A stretch of 62,763 nt of DNA, filler included, from Basidiobolus ranarum (Eukaryota): assembly GCA_040143965.1 (NCBI GenBank). It is 31 parts of 31 records of this genome, joined end to end, with 100 filler letters (N's around TTAATTAATTAA, not from the genome) between each part and the next. Parts side by side here need not be neighbours in the genome. Positions count along the whole stretch, not along the records: positions 1 to 1,936 come from JASJQH010004055.1; positions 2,037 to 3,972 come from JASJQH010004056.1; positions 4,073 to 6,008 come from JASJQH010004057.1; positions 6,109 to 8,043 come from JASJQH010004058.1; positions 8,144 to 10,077 come from JASJQH010004059.1; positions 10,178 to 12,111 come from JASJQH010004060.1; positions 12,212 to 14,145 come from JASJQH010004061.1; positions 14,246 to 16,178 come from JASJQH010004062.1; 23 more parts are not named here. One strand, given 5' to 3'. Under the pieces are notes generated by a model that was not told where the DNA came from, searched no databases, and worked only from the letters and a program-made list of their open reading frames with translations. The position numbers were made by a program, and so were the translations under genes. How positions within the stretch are numbered: the first letter of the stretch is position 1; each line of letters begins with the position of its first letter. Shown in pieces: positions 1 through 14,309 of this stretch.

Positions 1-64
1 GTTGGCTTTCCAATTCAGGAGGGTGGATCCAATACATATCAAATCCATTTTATTTTTGTTAGGG
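1..64 (+). mobile_element. CMC/EnSpm transposon right end (TIR ...TTTTTGTTAGGG)
   Basis: GGGTGGATCC...TTATTTTTGTTAGGG; the same terminus occurs at 14304, 35464, 24000 (rc) and 50935 (rc). Confidence 0.75.
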
Positions 65-1936
65 CAAACTGGACAAGGACTAGAAACAACAAGAAGCTAG
101 AAACCAGGAAAGTACTTTAGTGTATATCACAAGGCAAGATAAGACAAGACTGAACAGGGAAGATACTTTGGCAAGAATCTTCATCAAAGACTTGCATCAA
201 TCAAACTGAGGTCTGATCAAGGAAAACATGGAGCTATATAGATATTGCGAGGTGAAACATAATATACTGTGGCAAGTTCAGGTGTGGGGGTGTTGGGGAC
301 TTCAAGGACCAATACCAAGAGGGATGATATAACAATGATCAGGTGATCTTCCAAAATTGCCAAGTAAGGATGGCATAGCAGATATGATGCCATACTATAA
401 CAATAGAGGAATTCCATTTGTAGTCAATGGGTAAGCTGAAATTAAGATCATGCTTGTATCCCCTCATTTAGTGATGGCTTCCAGACCTCATAGGGCCTGG
501 TTTTTCTGGGTGGGCTTCATGAAGCTCCTGGCAAAGTTCTTTAGAGTTGTAAAGATTTTTGTTGGTTCCCATGATTAATCATTTGCTAAAAATCCTCTCC
601 AGTCCACTAAATATTGCAATTTATGTTGTTCAACTCTGGAATCTAGAACATTCCTGACATCATATTCAGAGTGTTCTTCTACTTAGATTGCTGGGGGTGG
701 GTCAATGGATTAGCCATAGAAGATGTTTCTGGTATGTGGATTTAGGAGAGAAATATGGAATCCATTGTGAACTTTGAAGAGGTCTAGGAGTTGAAAGCAG
801 AAGGCTACTGAATTGATTTGCTTAATAATCTTAAAGACCTAGTTTTTTGTGACCAAGTTTAACACAAGGTCTGATGGTCTCAATATTTTTCTGGATTAGC
901 CATATTAAATCTCCTAGCTTGAGTTCTGGGTTTGGCTTTCTTTTCTTATCAGCACAGTTCTTTTGTTGAGATTGATCATGCTCCATCTGGATATTAATTT
1001 TTATGGATGTACTTGCAGAAAGTTGCATGATCTGAGATAGCTGGGTAAGATAGATTACATGGTGGGTGAATTGTGAAATAAGGATGGTCTCCATAATCTG
1101 CAAAGGAAGCAGCTTGCTTTGTTGTAGTATAGTAGAGTTGTTGTAAGCAAATTGAACAAGAGGCAAGCATTGTGTCCTATTATTGTGATAATAGCCAATG
1201 GTGCATCACAAAAATTATTCCAAAACTTAGTTGACTCTTTCTGTTTGGCCATCAGTTTGGGGATGGAAGGCAGTGGATAGATTGGCAAAGACACACAAGG
1301 TGTGGAGAAGACTTTTGCAGAATTTGGAAGCCTACTGAGATCCTTGGTCAGAGATGATGGCATCAGAGAGTCCATGAAGGCGGAAGATATTTGGAGTTGC
1401 CAATTCTGCTTTTTGTCTTGCATCAAATGACTTGTTGCAGTCACAAAGTGTGCCATCTTTGCTCAATGGGCAACAATTAACAGAAGTGAAATGCATGGCT
1501 AGACCACAGTAGGTCATTGATGAAATCCAGGGATATGGAGTCCCACTGCTGATCAGCGATAGGGAGAGGCCCTGGGAGGCCATAAGGCTGATGTCTTTGA
1601 GTCTTTGATCAAGCACTAGTATCACAGGTGGAAACATAAGTCTTGACAAATGCAAGCATTTGCATCCACCAATGATCCCTGGATCCTAACATATATGACT
1701 TGGCAATACCAAGATGTCATGCAAGTGATGAATCATGTCTCTACCGCATGATTTTGAGTCTGAAAGTGTGGTCTGGTATGAAAGGCTCTTCTGATAAAAC
1801 AAGAGATCAGTGAAGACGGAGAAATGATGATACATGTTCTTGCTTGGGAGGCCTTTGGGTGTATCCAGGTCTATCTTGATTGATATTACCAATGGGTCTT
1901 CTGATTGAAGTTTGTGGATTCATTCATGCAGTGTGC
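65..1936 (-). mobile_element. Decayed Ty3/gypsy chromovirus: integrase, chromodomain, PPT and partial 3' LTR
   Basis: Frameshifted integrase motifs (RLHGLSDAIISDQGSQ, PLVQFAYNNS, LKLGDLIWL...KLGHKKLG); homologous to 58824-60380; LTR shared with 6109-6311 and 30488-30700. Confidence 0.9.
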
Positions 1937-2036
1937 NNNNNNNNNNNNNNNNNNNNNNNNNNNNNNNNNNNNNNNNNNNNTTAATTAATTAANNNNNNNN
2001 NNNNNNNNNNNNNNNNNNNNNNNNNNNNNNNNNNNN
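1937..2036. other. Artificial contig linker (N44-TTAATTAATTAA-N44), first of 30 recurring about every 2.03 kb
   Basis: Identical 100-nt spacer with six-frame stops. Intervening contig lengths decrease steadily from 1936 to 1920 bp. Confidence 0.98.
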
Positions 2037-2720
2037 GGAAAGCTGCAAGACAGACTTCTTGGTGAGATAGATGGAGATACACAGTATTATCATTTTAGCC
2101 ATGGGGTAATCTATTCAAGCAATGACACATCTACTTGTGGCAGGACAATTGTTGACTGCAAGACAAGGATATATTGGCTGAATTCTTTACGGAAATTTGC
2201 CAAAATCCAAGAGCTTATTCTTATTGTGAATGGTAACCAGCGTCAGCTATTTGCCAAGTGTCTGTGCTATTCAAAATTTCAGATATTTTGCAATTTTTCC
2301 ATAATTAGTTTGCTGGTAAAGCATATTGATGTTGTTGAGTTATGTCTAATTTGTCAAGTATGTGCATATGTAGAGACCAAACACAACAAGATTCTTGTAT
2401 TTATTGATTCTTGTAATTGCTGGAATACAAAGCCTAAAATATCTAAATAAGTGCATGCATATGAATTTGAATTCCTACAGCAGTAAACCCAGTAATTTGC
2501 CATTCAATAATTATGTTTTTGCAAAAATTGATGGATATTGGATAATGCATGCCAAATTTGAGGATCAGTATTTAACATGTATCAATACCATTAAAATACC
2601 ATCAAGAAACCACCATCACACCATCAAAATCCCTGGCGGAATGCAAGCCACCATTATTGTGATGGTTCTCTGACAGTTTTGCTATTTTGGAGGATGGATC
2701 TGATTTAATTTTTGTTATGG
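2037..2720 (+). mobile_element. CMC/EnSpm transposon right arm (transposase 3' region to degenerate TIR)
   Basis: Homologous to 34540-35464, 38591-39624 and 56802-57400; ends TTTTTGTTATGG. Confidence 0.8.
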
Positions 2721-2890
2721 CTGCCTTTAAGTTTGGTGCTAATATTAACCTCTTGAAAAGTACCAGTTGAGGTTGCAGAGCCATGAGTTTGAGTTGCTGG
2801 TGTTTTAGCTTGTTAAGAGATGCCAGATATTTAATAAACTTCTAACTTTTGAACTCTTCCAACTGGTGTTCTGGTTTGTATGGTAAAATC

Positions 2891-3640
2891 TGTCAAAGTA
2901 TTTAGGAGCCTGTTGGAAATGGTTTGGAGAATTACAGAGATTGGTGGTTTTCTCTGGTTGATTTATTGAGTAGAAAGTTGACATTTATACTTTGGTCAAG
3001 ATGCAAAAAACTACCATGTAGAATATGTTAGCACAGGTCCCAGAAACATGTGTGCAAAGCTTGGGGCTTCTAGCTCAAGTTTGAAAAATCTATATATCCA
3101 AGAAATTCCAAGTTTGTAAAAATATTCCAAGTAAATTCATTGTCAATAATGGGTAATATCTCAGTAAAATATGAGATAACTAAGTACTAAGCTATATATG
3201 ACTATATAGGTATTTAGGCAATGCTAATTTCAACACTCTCCCATAACTAAATAGTCATATAAATTAATCTGAAGGGAAGTCTAAATTTCTCAAATTTTGC
3301 TTTAGCTAATGGTTTGGTTGATATATCAGCAATCATGTCTTCTGTAGCACAATATGTTAAGTCAATAAACCTATTTTCCATAGTCTCTCTAATGAAGTGA
3401 TGACTAATATCAATATATTTGCTTCTGTTACAAAACGTGGGATTTTTAGCTAATTTGATACAACTTTGATTATCTTGAAACATTGTAAATGGCAAATTTT
3501 AGCAATAATCTAAATCTATTAAGAGTTTTCTTAGCTATATTACTTCTTTTGTTGCTTCACAGGCAGCCACATATTCTACTTCTGCTGTTAACAGTGCTTC
3601 AGCAGGTTGTTTCATTGGATTCCATTAAATAGGACCATTA
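2891..3640 (-). mobile_element. Ty1/copia 3' end: RNase H remnant, PPT and 3' LTR (2891-3235)
   Basis: FQDNQSCIKLAKNPTF..RSKYIDISHHFIRE..EDMIADISTKPL; purine tract before TGTTG; LTR matches 22687-23034. Confidence 0.9.
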
Positions 3641-4639
3641 CAGCAAAGAGTTCCAGATTGGCTGGTCTGGTTCCATTGGTGAGTGGTTCAAGGAGAGGTT
3701 TTACTTTGTTATCAACTATCTAGTACCTGATCCTAACAATGGCATCTTGTTCTTTAGGTCTGGAAGCAGCTCCCCTAGCTAAGTTTGAGTTGGATGTTTA
3801 ATGAATTTGGTAGTGAGTATCTTCTTTGACAATTCTTCTGCATTCAGTTTGAGTTCTATGGTCAGTACTGTTGAAGTTTATTGTCTTTATCATATATGTT
3901 CTCCCTATCTTTATACACCTAACTATTTCATATATCACATATTAGTTACTCAAGATAATTTAGTAAAATATCNNNNNNNNNNNNNNNNNNNNNNNNNNNN
4001 NNNNNNNNNNNNNNNNTTAATTAATTAANNNNNNNNNNNNNNNNNNNNNNNNNNNNNNNNNNNNNNNNNNNNAGATTGAGGAAATTTTAATCAAATCTAA
4101 ACAGATCGATCGCTAATCACACATATGGAGGCAATCCAATGTGATTATTTCCATTTTCGGCCACAACTATACAAATTAAGAAGGTTTTGGAAGATAATTA
4201 TAGATACTATAAAATGACCTCAGTCAATCAAGCTAAGGATTAGTGATATTCGCAATGTTCAAATTATCATGATTACTGGTAATGTTGGTAAACACTTGTT
4301 TGAGTAGTGGAACAGGCACAGGTTGGGTCTCTGTGCTTGTTCCATAATTTTGATGCTCTGTCATATGAATGTTCACGAGTGTGTATACTTGCATAGATGG
4401 TTATATCAAGCCTACAACACTGATTAGTCTTATCCAAATGACTTGTTAACTCTCGGTTTGATGCATTTAATCTTCATTGACAATCACTTTAACACACTTT
4501 CATTGAACAATAAACCAAATCTTCCTGACAGAGTTGGCTACTTCCATTCTCATACAATTATATGAATTGAATTAGTAAAATTAGTTTGAGCCATTTTGTT
4601 TATTGAGCTGTCGAAGACATTTATTATTCTACAGATTGT

Positions 4640-4822
4640 TTACTTTCGTCCTTTAGATTCTTTTTCAATGGTCTCCTTGAGCGGCTTTCCAGTACGCTCT
4701 TCATGGATTTCCGACGCTTTATCTAACGACTCCTGTTGTTTTTCGGCTGACACGTTTGGATTATGGGCTGCTGCCTTGAGGCCTCCTTCGACATTTCCGA
4801 GGTTTTTTCCTTCGTATTCCAT
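4640..4822 (-). CDS. Con-6-like (conidiation/desiccation) small hydrophilic protein, 60 aa
   Basis: KNLGNVEGGLKAAAHNPNVSAEKQQES resembles the Con-6 motif (N..NV..G.KA..HNP.VS.E); CpG-intact; second copy nearby. Confidence 0.75.
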   Translation of the reverse strand: MEYEGKNLGNVEGGLKAAAHNPNVSAEKQQESLDKASEIHEERTGKPLKETIEKESKGRK

Positions 4823-5451
4823 TGTTAGTTAGCTGAGATTAATGATGAGATGTGAGTGATGATTATTTTATGTTGCCTACCTTGGGCTTAAATAGCTGAT
4901 TATAGGATGACCTCAACTAAGCGTCAGTGATGGTGAATTAAGTGAATTGCGTAACAGTTGAATGATGTGTTCACGGCAGCAGCTACTAACCGATTGAACT
5001 GCAATTTACTCAATGTATCAGCATATCATCGATTCATTTGCTCGATTGATCTCTTTAGCCGATTGCAACATGAATCATGTTTCAGGTAGTGCAATACGTT
5101 ACTAACACATTTTCATTCTGCTCATTACCAGAGAAATGCAGTAGCATTCATGCCATATGCCATATTAATTAGTTAATTCTTTTTATTATAAGGTAAGGGT
5201 TAGGTAAAAGTTAGGTTGCAATCGAAATAGTCAGAAAATATAGCGAGTATTGTCGTATAAAGAGCCTTTTATGTCAAATGGAATACTATCTAAAGTGCAT
5301 CACCTCTATATGTGTACCAGGATCAAGTACCCCCAAGATGATCAATAGATATAACTGCTTATAAAGATTATTAAATATGACAAGCCCATTTTGTATGAAG
5401 TTCTATCTAAAGGTAAAAGTGTAATGTAAGAAGAATATCTTCCAAATTAAC

Positions 5452-5522
5452 AACTAAGTCAGGGATCTAACCTGGGACCTTCCGCTCAAAAGTAGGCGCT
5501 CCATCCACTGAGCTACGGGACC
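5452..5522 (-). pseudogene. Degenerate tRNA-like sequence (tRNA pseudogene or SINE head)
   Basis: rc reads GGTCCCGTAGCTCAGTGGATGGAGCG...GGTCCCAGGTTAGATCCCTG: A box, D stem and mutated B box present; acceptor and anticodon stems do not pair. Confidence 0.6.
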
Positions 5523-5902
5523 TTGTCCCTAGGACCATATGGAAGAAAAATAGCCAGTATTCAGAAATTGATGAAATAACCTGTTCGAAAAGGAAAAGTA
5601 CCACAAGCTTTAAAAATTGAATATCATAAAAAAATAAATAAAAGGGAGAATCAAATATTAGAGATTGCTTTCAACTTGTTACTAAAACTTTGTGTTCACA
5701 GTTCTTTTTGCCAAAAGATTGATTACTTCACTTTAGCTGTACCAACATGAACAATATGGCAGCTATTTAATTTTTTGGTTGATTACAACATTTACTTTGA
5801 ATGAATTTTGAGCCTTATACATTAAAACTATATCAGATATCATGATTTGGAAATACAACATATCTGTTTATTTAGCTATCCGAGTAGTCATGTACATATT
5901 GT

Positions 5903-6008
5903 TTACTTTCGTCCTTTAGATTCCTTTTCAATGGTCTCATTGAGTGGCTTTCCAGTACGCTCTTCGTGGATTTCCGACGCTTTATCCAACGACTCCTGTT
6001 GCTTTTCG
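5903..6008 (-). CDS. Second Con-6-like paralog, 3' part (truncated by contig end)
   Basis: Near-identical to 4640-4745 with synonymous differences and the same TAA stop. Confidence 0.75.
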
Positions 6009-6108
6009 NNNNNNNNNNNNNNNNNNNNNNNNNNNNNNNNNNNNNNNNNNNNTTAATTAATTAANNNNNNNNNNNNNNNNNNNNNNNNNNNNNNNNNNNN
6101 NNNNNNNN

Positions 6109-6311
6109 TCTTGCAATATCTATATAAGCCCTGTGTATTCCTTGATCAGACCTCAGTCTGATCAACACCAGTTATCAATAAAGATTCTTGCCAAAGTATC
6201 TTCCTTGTCCAGTCTTGTCCAGTCTTGTCTTGTGGTCTACACCCAAGTACTCTCCTGCCTTCTAGCCTCTTGTTATTGTTTCCAGTCCTTGTCCAGTTCC
6301 TTATTGTGACA
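6109..6311 (+). repeat. Gypsy LTR 3' part ending TGACA
   Basis: Matches 30488-30700 and the rc of 65-260. Confidence 0.75.
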
Positions 6312-6605
6312 ATTTGATTATTTGAACAAAATGAACAGACATTACCTGATTTCTGAATTCAAGTTAACTTCCAAGTCAAAATGAAAACTTAGGAGGAAGG
6401 TATATATGGAATTCAAGACAGGTTGCAGCTCAAGAGCTGTGGTTTGATCAAATTGGTCAAAAAATTGGATTAAATTCTGTTGAATAATTGAGCTTTTTTC
6501 AACATCTTAGTTAGCTTTAGTTTTGACATATCTGTCAAAAACAGAAAGCAACATATCTATAGCCCCTGAATTCTAATTAGAAACATATGTATATCACAAT
6601 CACAA

Positions 6606-8043
6606 CCCTATCAGAAATTACAGGATTGTTATTCTAGGAAAGCTGTCACAATTTGAATCCATTTTGGATTGACCCTCTACTTACCATCATAAAATCATCA
6701 AGTTAGGTTTGATTTGAATCAATTTTTTCAGTTCCAGGAGTGAAATTCAAGATCTCACAAAATAGTTGCACATGATTGGCCACAATCTCAGAGAACTATG
6801 AATCTACACATGTGCAAAAAATGTAACACAAATTTCACTATTTTTTTAGAGAGAGTACTTCATACCCAAGTTTAACTCATGTCCAAAACAAGTTTGTATC
6901 AATATCTCCATCAAAGCCTACCATTGTATTAATGTTGCTGAATCAACATTTTTTCAGCTATCTGGTGGATACCCTGCAATAATGTGCCACTCTCTATTAA
7001 GTTCTTTGCAGATATCTGCATGGTCAACACCAGACTAAATATCAAGTTGAATGAGCTTCTTCTGAAGCCACTTTCTGCATACTTGCACTGTGCTTTTCCC
7101 TTTATATTTTTGAAAATACTCCTCAAGCACTTTTACTAGTTGTTTACATCCTTGTAGTATGACACTACTGAGGGTGCATTGCAGTGTTTGTGTGGCTTTT
7201 TGCTTGCCTTTATCTTAGGGGCTAATTTTGGCACTTTGAAAAGTACGAGTGGATGTTGGAGAGCTGTGAGTTTTATTTGCTGATGTTTTGGCTTGTTGAG
7301 AGGTGCCAGGTGTTGGATAAGCTTCCAAATTTAGCATTCTTCCAACTGGTGTACCTGATTCCATGTTGAATTTAAGCTTATTGCCAGTGTATCTGACTCT
7401 GGAAATAGAGATCTTTGTAATGGCATGAAGAACTTGGTAAGTGAGAGAGTAGAGGCTAAACTCACTGGCTCCTTTGCTTTTCCCTTGGGTTTACTAACTT
7501 CCTACTCCTTGAGTACTCCTTGAGCTGCTTTTCTTTCTCTTCCAAGCCCATAATTTAATACACTTTTGAGATGTTTCATGAATAGGCCTATACTAGCCCA
7601 ATTGTTATTTGCTTGCAAAAACTCAGGATAAGCTACTTGAAATAAGTCAAGAACCTGCAGAGTAACACTTGGTTTTTGGTTTTTCCACAATTGGCTAAGT
7701 TACCACTTGAATGCCTATTTGTCACCTTTGAAATCCTTAGTTTCTTTCACATATTCTCCTGAATATATTTATAGAGTTCTTCATACCTAAGGTTTAGCTC
7801 ATATCCAACAAAAGCTTGCATCAATATCTCCATCAAAGCCCACCATTGTATTAATGTTGCTGAATCAACATTTTTCCAGCTATCTGGCAGATACCCTGCA
7901 ATATTGTGCTGCTCTTTATAATATTCTTCCCAGATATCTGCATGGTCAACACCAGACTGAATGTCATATTGAATGTTCTTACTCTGAAGCCACTTTTAGC
8001 ATACTTGCACTGCATTTTTCTCCTCATACTTTTGAAAATACTC
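6606..8043 (+). mobile_element. CMC/EnSpm left arm with decayed antisense accessory ORF2
   Basis: Starts CCCTATCAGAAAT (TIR variant); homologous to 15137-15690, 39626-40470 and 57650-58723; minus-strand remnant YPEFLQANNNWASIGLFMKHLK. Confidence 0.75.
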
Positions 8044-8641
8044 NNNNNNNNNNNNNNNNNNNNNNNNNNNNNNNNNNNNNNNNNNNNTTAATTAATTAAN
8101 NNNNNNNNNNNNNNNNNNNNNNNNNNNNNNNNNNNNNNNNNNNCTGGCGCATAGTCTTCCGGGAAAAAAAGGGTTCCTGATTCTGGCATACTCGAGAAGT
8201 TCACGTAGATATTAAGTTTAGTAAAGTATGTTCAATGGTCTCTAGAATCCAAGATAAGCAATGGTAAACTTGTGTTTGTTTGTTTACAGAATTTTCTCAT
8301 AAACCTTCATTAACCCTAATTTCAGATTGTTTTTCTCAAATAGGTGATTATGATAATAGTTTAGATCTTCAATTGTTCCCTAGTTTATGGCTGAACACCG
8401 ACAAGTGCGGAATGAATTTATTTCCAAATTAAAAATAAACATAAAAATATTAGTCACTTGATCATGAACGTCAGAGGATCAGCCGAAATAGAAAATAAAT
8501 ATCTGACAGAAGATGCGCGTTGAAGTGCGAAAATATGGGTAGAAATGGTGAATGCTCGACTTGTCAGTTCTTGTGAGTCGTTCTCGCACAGAATGCTCTA
8601 TTATTTTACCGAACTAAAAAAAGGACGTGAAGTCATGGTAT

Positions 8642-10033
<1,392 letters not shown>

Positions 10034-10177
10034 CTAGTCGATAATATTCCATCAACACCAAACTCAACCTGTCTTGTNNNNNNNNNNNNNNNNNNNNNNN
10101 NNNNNNNNNNNNNNNNNNNNNTTAATTAATTAANNNNNNNNNNNNNNNNNNNNNNNNNNNNNNNNNNNNNNNNNNNN

Positions 10178-11960
10178 GGTACTTTGGCATTTCAGCTATA
10201 CAAGCAACTGATTGGCCTTAGACTTTGTGTTCAGATGCAGTCACCATACTCCATATTTTCCTCTCTGGGAATTACTGCTTGTACCACAGGTCGCCAGACT
10301 TTCAAAAATAATAAGGTCATCTACATATAAGGATAATAGGACTGGGTTTGTCTTATCTGGCCTGAAGTAGATACTATAGTCAGCATTACTCTTTGGGAAT
10401 TTGAGTGTTTCTAAAAAAGCATCTATCTTGCTATTCCAAGCACTTGGAGATTGTTTTAAGCCATAGAGTGTTTTCCAGAGTCTGCAAACTCTTTTAGGGC
10501 TTTCTGGGTCCAAAAATCCATCTGGCTGGTCTATATAGGACTTGTTCTCTGTGATAGTGCCGGATTGTGCTGTATATATCATATTGGATAAAGTATTCTA
10601 AAATTTATGCGGCACAATTTGGCACCATCCATCACCCTCTGGCATGATCAATTTCAATCATTTTTACTCTAATATATTGATCCAAAGTCCAATAAATCCT
10701 GGCACAATGGAACAAGTCCATAGATCTCCTCAGCAAGCTCACCATTTGAAAAGGCAGTTTTAACATCCATTTGACGTATAAAAAATGACATTTAGCTGAA
10801 ATTGCTAAAATCAATCTAATTGAATTAAACTTTGCTACAGAAGCAAAGTTTCTGTATTATCTACTCCTGGTGCTTGGGAATAGCCTCTGGCTACTAGTCT
10901 AGCCTTGTACCTTTCTATATTGCCAATACAGCTGTATTTAACTTTAAACACCTATTGGCAGCCAATTGATTTCTATCAGCTAAGTTGGTTAAAATCCAAG
11001 TCTGATTATCAATCAAAGCCTGATACTCATCAGCCATGGCAGAACTCCAAAATTTTGAGTGAAGCCATTCAGGGCCTCTTTTACAGTCTGGGGTTCATGT
11101 ATTTGAGCTGTGCAGGCATAGGCCCAATTTTAGGACTCATTGATATAGTAATCAGAGCTATTTCTGATCCAATTTGATCTCCTGGTTTGGGATAAAGGTA
11201 CTACAACCTCTGGCATTATATTGAGCACTTTAGTAGGCAAAATCTTGGTAGAAGGCTCCATAGGAATGCTATTTTCCTTGTTGTTTTGGTTTGAAATAAT
11301 TTCAATGATTGGATCAGGAGAAAATTGATTATTGTCATCATCTGAGGTCATTTTGGGTGAAATTTTACATTTTCATTGAACAAAACATTGCTGGACTTGA
11401 TTAACTTAGAAATTTAGGTATCATATAGTCTGTAGGCCTTACTTTGAGTACAATAACCCAGAAATATGCATTTCTTACTTTTGGATCAAATTTATACCAA
11501 TTTTTGGTCATAATTCTCACATAAGCAATGCATCCAAAGATCCTCAAATTTTTTACATCAGGTTTAACTCCAAACCAATCTTGATATGGTGTAGAGTTAG
11601 ACAGACTTCTAGTAAAACTCCTATTCTTCAGATATACAGCTCTAGCAACAGATTCCACCCAAAAGTTATGAGATACATTTTGTGCATTAATCATAGATCT
11701 TGCCATTTCTATGATAGTCCTGTTAGCTCTGTTAGCAGTTCCATTTTGTTGAGGTGAATAGGGAGCAGTAGTTTCTTGATTAATTCCATGAACTGTGCAA
11801 AAGTGCTTATATAGTGTTGAAGTATATACTCCACCATTATTGGTATGTATTTTCTTGATTCTAGTTCCAACTTCAGTCTCCACAGGTGCTTTATAATCTC
11901 TAAAGTAGAAAGAGCTTCTTCTTTTCTTTCCATAAAGTAGACCCAAGAGTATCTTGTATA
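10178..11960 (-). mobile_element. Decayed Ty1/copia integrase and reverse transcriptase
   Basis: TAPYSPQQNGTANRANRTIIEMARSM, LRIFGCIAYV, LWKTLYGLKQSPSAWN, LYVDDL; stops and frameshifts. Confidence 0.92.
10538..10719. mobile_element. 182-bp MITE, 10-bp TIR GGACTTGTTC, 3-bp TSD ATA
   Basis: Interrupts the copia RT motif EIYIDQPDG; second copy at 46170-46351. Confidence 0.88.
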
Positions 11961-12111
11961 TATTGGGAAAATATGGGCTGTTTGGAGGAACTTTAGAAAG
12001 GTGGAGTTGTGAATAGCTTTGTGAGATAATTGTTTATTGTCCAGAAATAAAGCATTTATACTTTTTGGTGGAAATACAGAAAACTAACACTGGGGTTGTG
12101 TTCAGAACATC
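11961..12111 (-). repeat. Partial LTR of the TGTTG...CAATA family (other partial copies 3869-3972, 12212-12268, 13803-14145, 26114-26333, 44665-44795)
   Basis: High identity to the full solo copies at 16830-17198 and 46945-47322. Confidence 0.85.
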
Positions 12112-12399
12112 NNNNNNNNNNNNNNNNNNNNNNNNNNNNNNNNNNNNNNNNNNNNTTAATTAATTAANNNNNNNNNNNNNNNNNNNNNNNNNNNNNNNNN
12201 NNNNNNNNNNNGCTATTCATAACTCCACTTTTCTAAAGTTCCTCCAAAGAGCCTATAGTTTCCCAATACACATACAAATTATTATGGTGTTGTGCCTGCA
12301 ATTCTCTTGGTGTTATAATTCTATCTATATATGTAGATGTTGACCTTATATATTCTGGAACCAATGGTCGTAAATCAGAAGTTGAAGAAGATGTTGACA

Positions 12400-13440
12400 G
12401 TTTTGTTATGGACTCTTTGTTTTTGCCAAGCATCAGTACACTTGTAACACTTACAAACAGGGAAGCAGCTTTGATTATCAAGGAGCGGAGAGTTCCACCC
12501 AATCTTAGCAACCTGGTGTTTATTGGTTTTCTTACAATTTTACCACAGTTGATTGGTAGCTGTTGCTTACCACAGACCTGGTACAAGTGGAAAACACTTT
12601 TTAATTTTATGATATATAGTCCTTCAGTAATTAAACTACCTTCATGTGTGAATGGTTGTTTCCCCTTCACTGATGATCTGAAAAACTTGAATTCATGGAC
12701 AGTGTGCATACAATTGGCAATCACTGAATTAGGTAAATATTGTTTGTATTTGGCTTACATTATGATGATTCCCCATCTTAAAGTTTTGATGATGTCACCA
12801 AAACATAGATTGTTGATCCAATACCAAAGTACTCACCATAAAGCTGATGGTATTAGTGATATACTTGATGGATATCACTACCAGAATTTGAAAAGTCAAG
12901 GTTTCTTGGAGAACATATGTGATCAAGTGTTTGCATTGGCTCTGGAAGATCTCACACCAAACAAATATACAATTGGAAGGGCTTGCTGGCCAATAATTTC
13001 AAATAACTTAAATCTTCCTCCTTCTGAAAGGTATAGGAGTCATAATATTTTGATACCATTCAATATATCTGGACTTGAATATTTATGGAATTGATATCAG
13101 TGAGCATGTTAAAATCTGACCAGAATCTTGATGGTAAGATCATGGAGTTTAGTGTTGTGTTTGGATAGTAGCAATGCATAAGCTTTATAGGGTAAACTCC
13201 ATTAATTTAACAAAATCCACAGCAAGTGAGCACATTGTGCCCATGCAAACCTCCAAGAGTATTGATGGTAGGGGTTTGATCAATAAATACGATGATATCA
13301 GCTTCAATACAATGTTCAACCATTTGATTACCAATAGATAACCAATCAAATTCCAGAATCAAAGGCTTCAAGAAGCTATTGTTAAATACTGGTAATTGAG
13401 GTCCAGATATGATAGATAGCATCAAAATATTACTACTGTT
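12400..13440. pseudogene. Rearranged CMC/EnSpm transposase fragments (N-terminal part on +, catalytic part on -)
   Basis: CVNGCFPFT, DILDGYHYQNLK, ACWPIISNNLNLPPSERYRSHNI on +; ISGPQLP..DQTPTINTLGGLHGHNVLTCCGFC on -. Confidence 0.8.
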
Positions 13441-14309
13441 ATTGCTGCAATCAGGAACCTCTAACAGAAATTTGAGCATTGTTATTGTGGGAAAACCATC
13501 ACAATTTTAATCCATTTGGTATTGACCATTTACTTACTATCATGAAATTGTCAAGTTAGATTTGCTTTTAATCAATTTATTCAGCTTCAGGAGTGAAATT
13601 TCAAGATCTCAAGAAATAGTTGTTCATGATTGGCTGAAATATCAGAGAACAATGGATCAACACACATGTGAAAAATGTAACCAAAATTTTACACAATTAC
13701 CACTTGAATGAAAATTTGTCACCTTTGAAATCTTTAGTCTCTTTGCTATATTCTCCTGAATATTTTTATAGAGTTCTTCATACCCAAGGTTTAGCTCATA
13801 TCCGTTGAAGTTTATTGTATTTATCATATTTATTATCTCTATCTTTATACACCTAACTATTTCACATATCACATATAAGTTAGTTAACATTACTTAGTCA
13901 AATGTCACTTAGCTGAAAATCGGAATATACATTATATATATATGTGAATAATATGAGAATTAGCAATTGCATATTGGAAATTTCAAACTTGTCAAAATTG
14001 CCCCAAAAATAGCTCATTTTACTCCCATAGATGCTCTGAACACAACCCCAGTGTTAGTTTTCTGTATTTCCACCAAAAAGTATAAATGCTTTATTTCTGG
14101 AAAATAAACAATTATCTCACAAAGCTATTCACAACTCCACTTTTCNNNNNNNNNNNNNNNNNNNNNNNNNNNNNNNNNNNNNNNNNNNNTTAATTAATTA
14201 ANNNNNNNNNNNNNNNNNNNNNNNNNNNNNNNNNNNNNNNNNNNNTTTTGCTATTTCGGAGGGTGGATCCGATCCGGATCAAATCAATTTTATTTTTGTT
14301 AGGGTATTC

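Noticed and set aside
1981-1992. TTAATTAATTAA recurring about every 2 kb as a biological repeat, and ORFs ending in X-runs/LIN
   Set aside because: It is an artificial six-frame-stop linker inside N padding; those ORF ends are artefacts.
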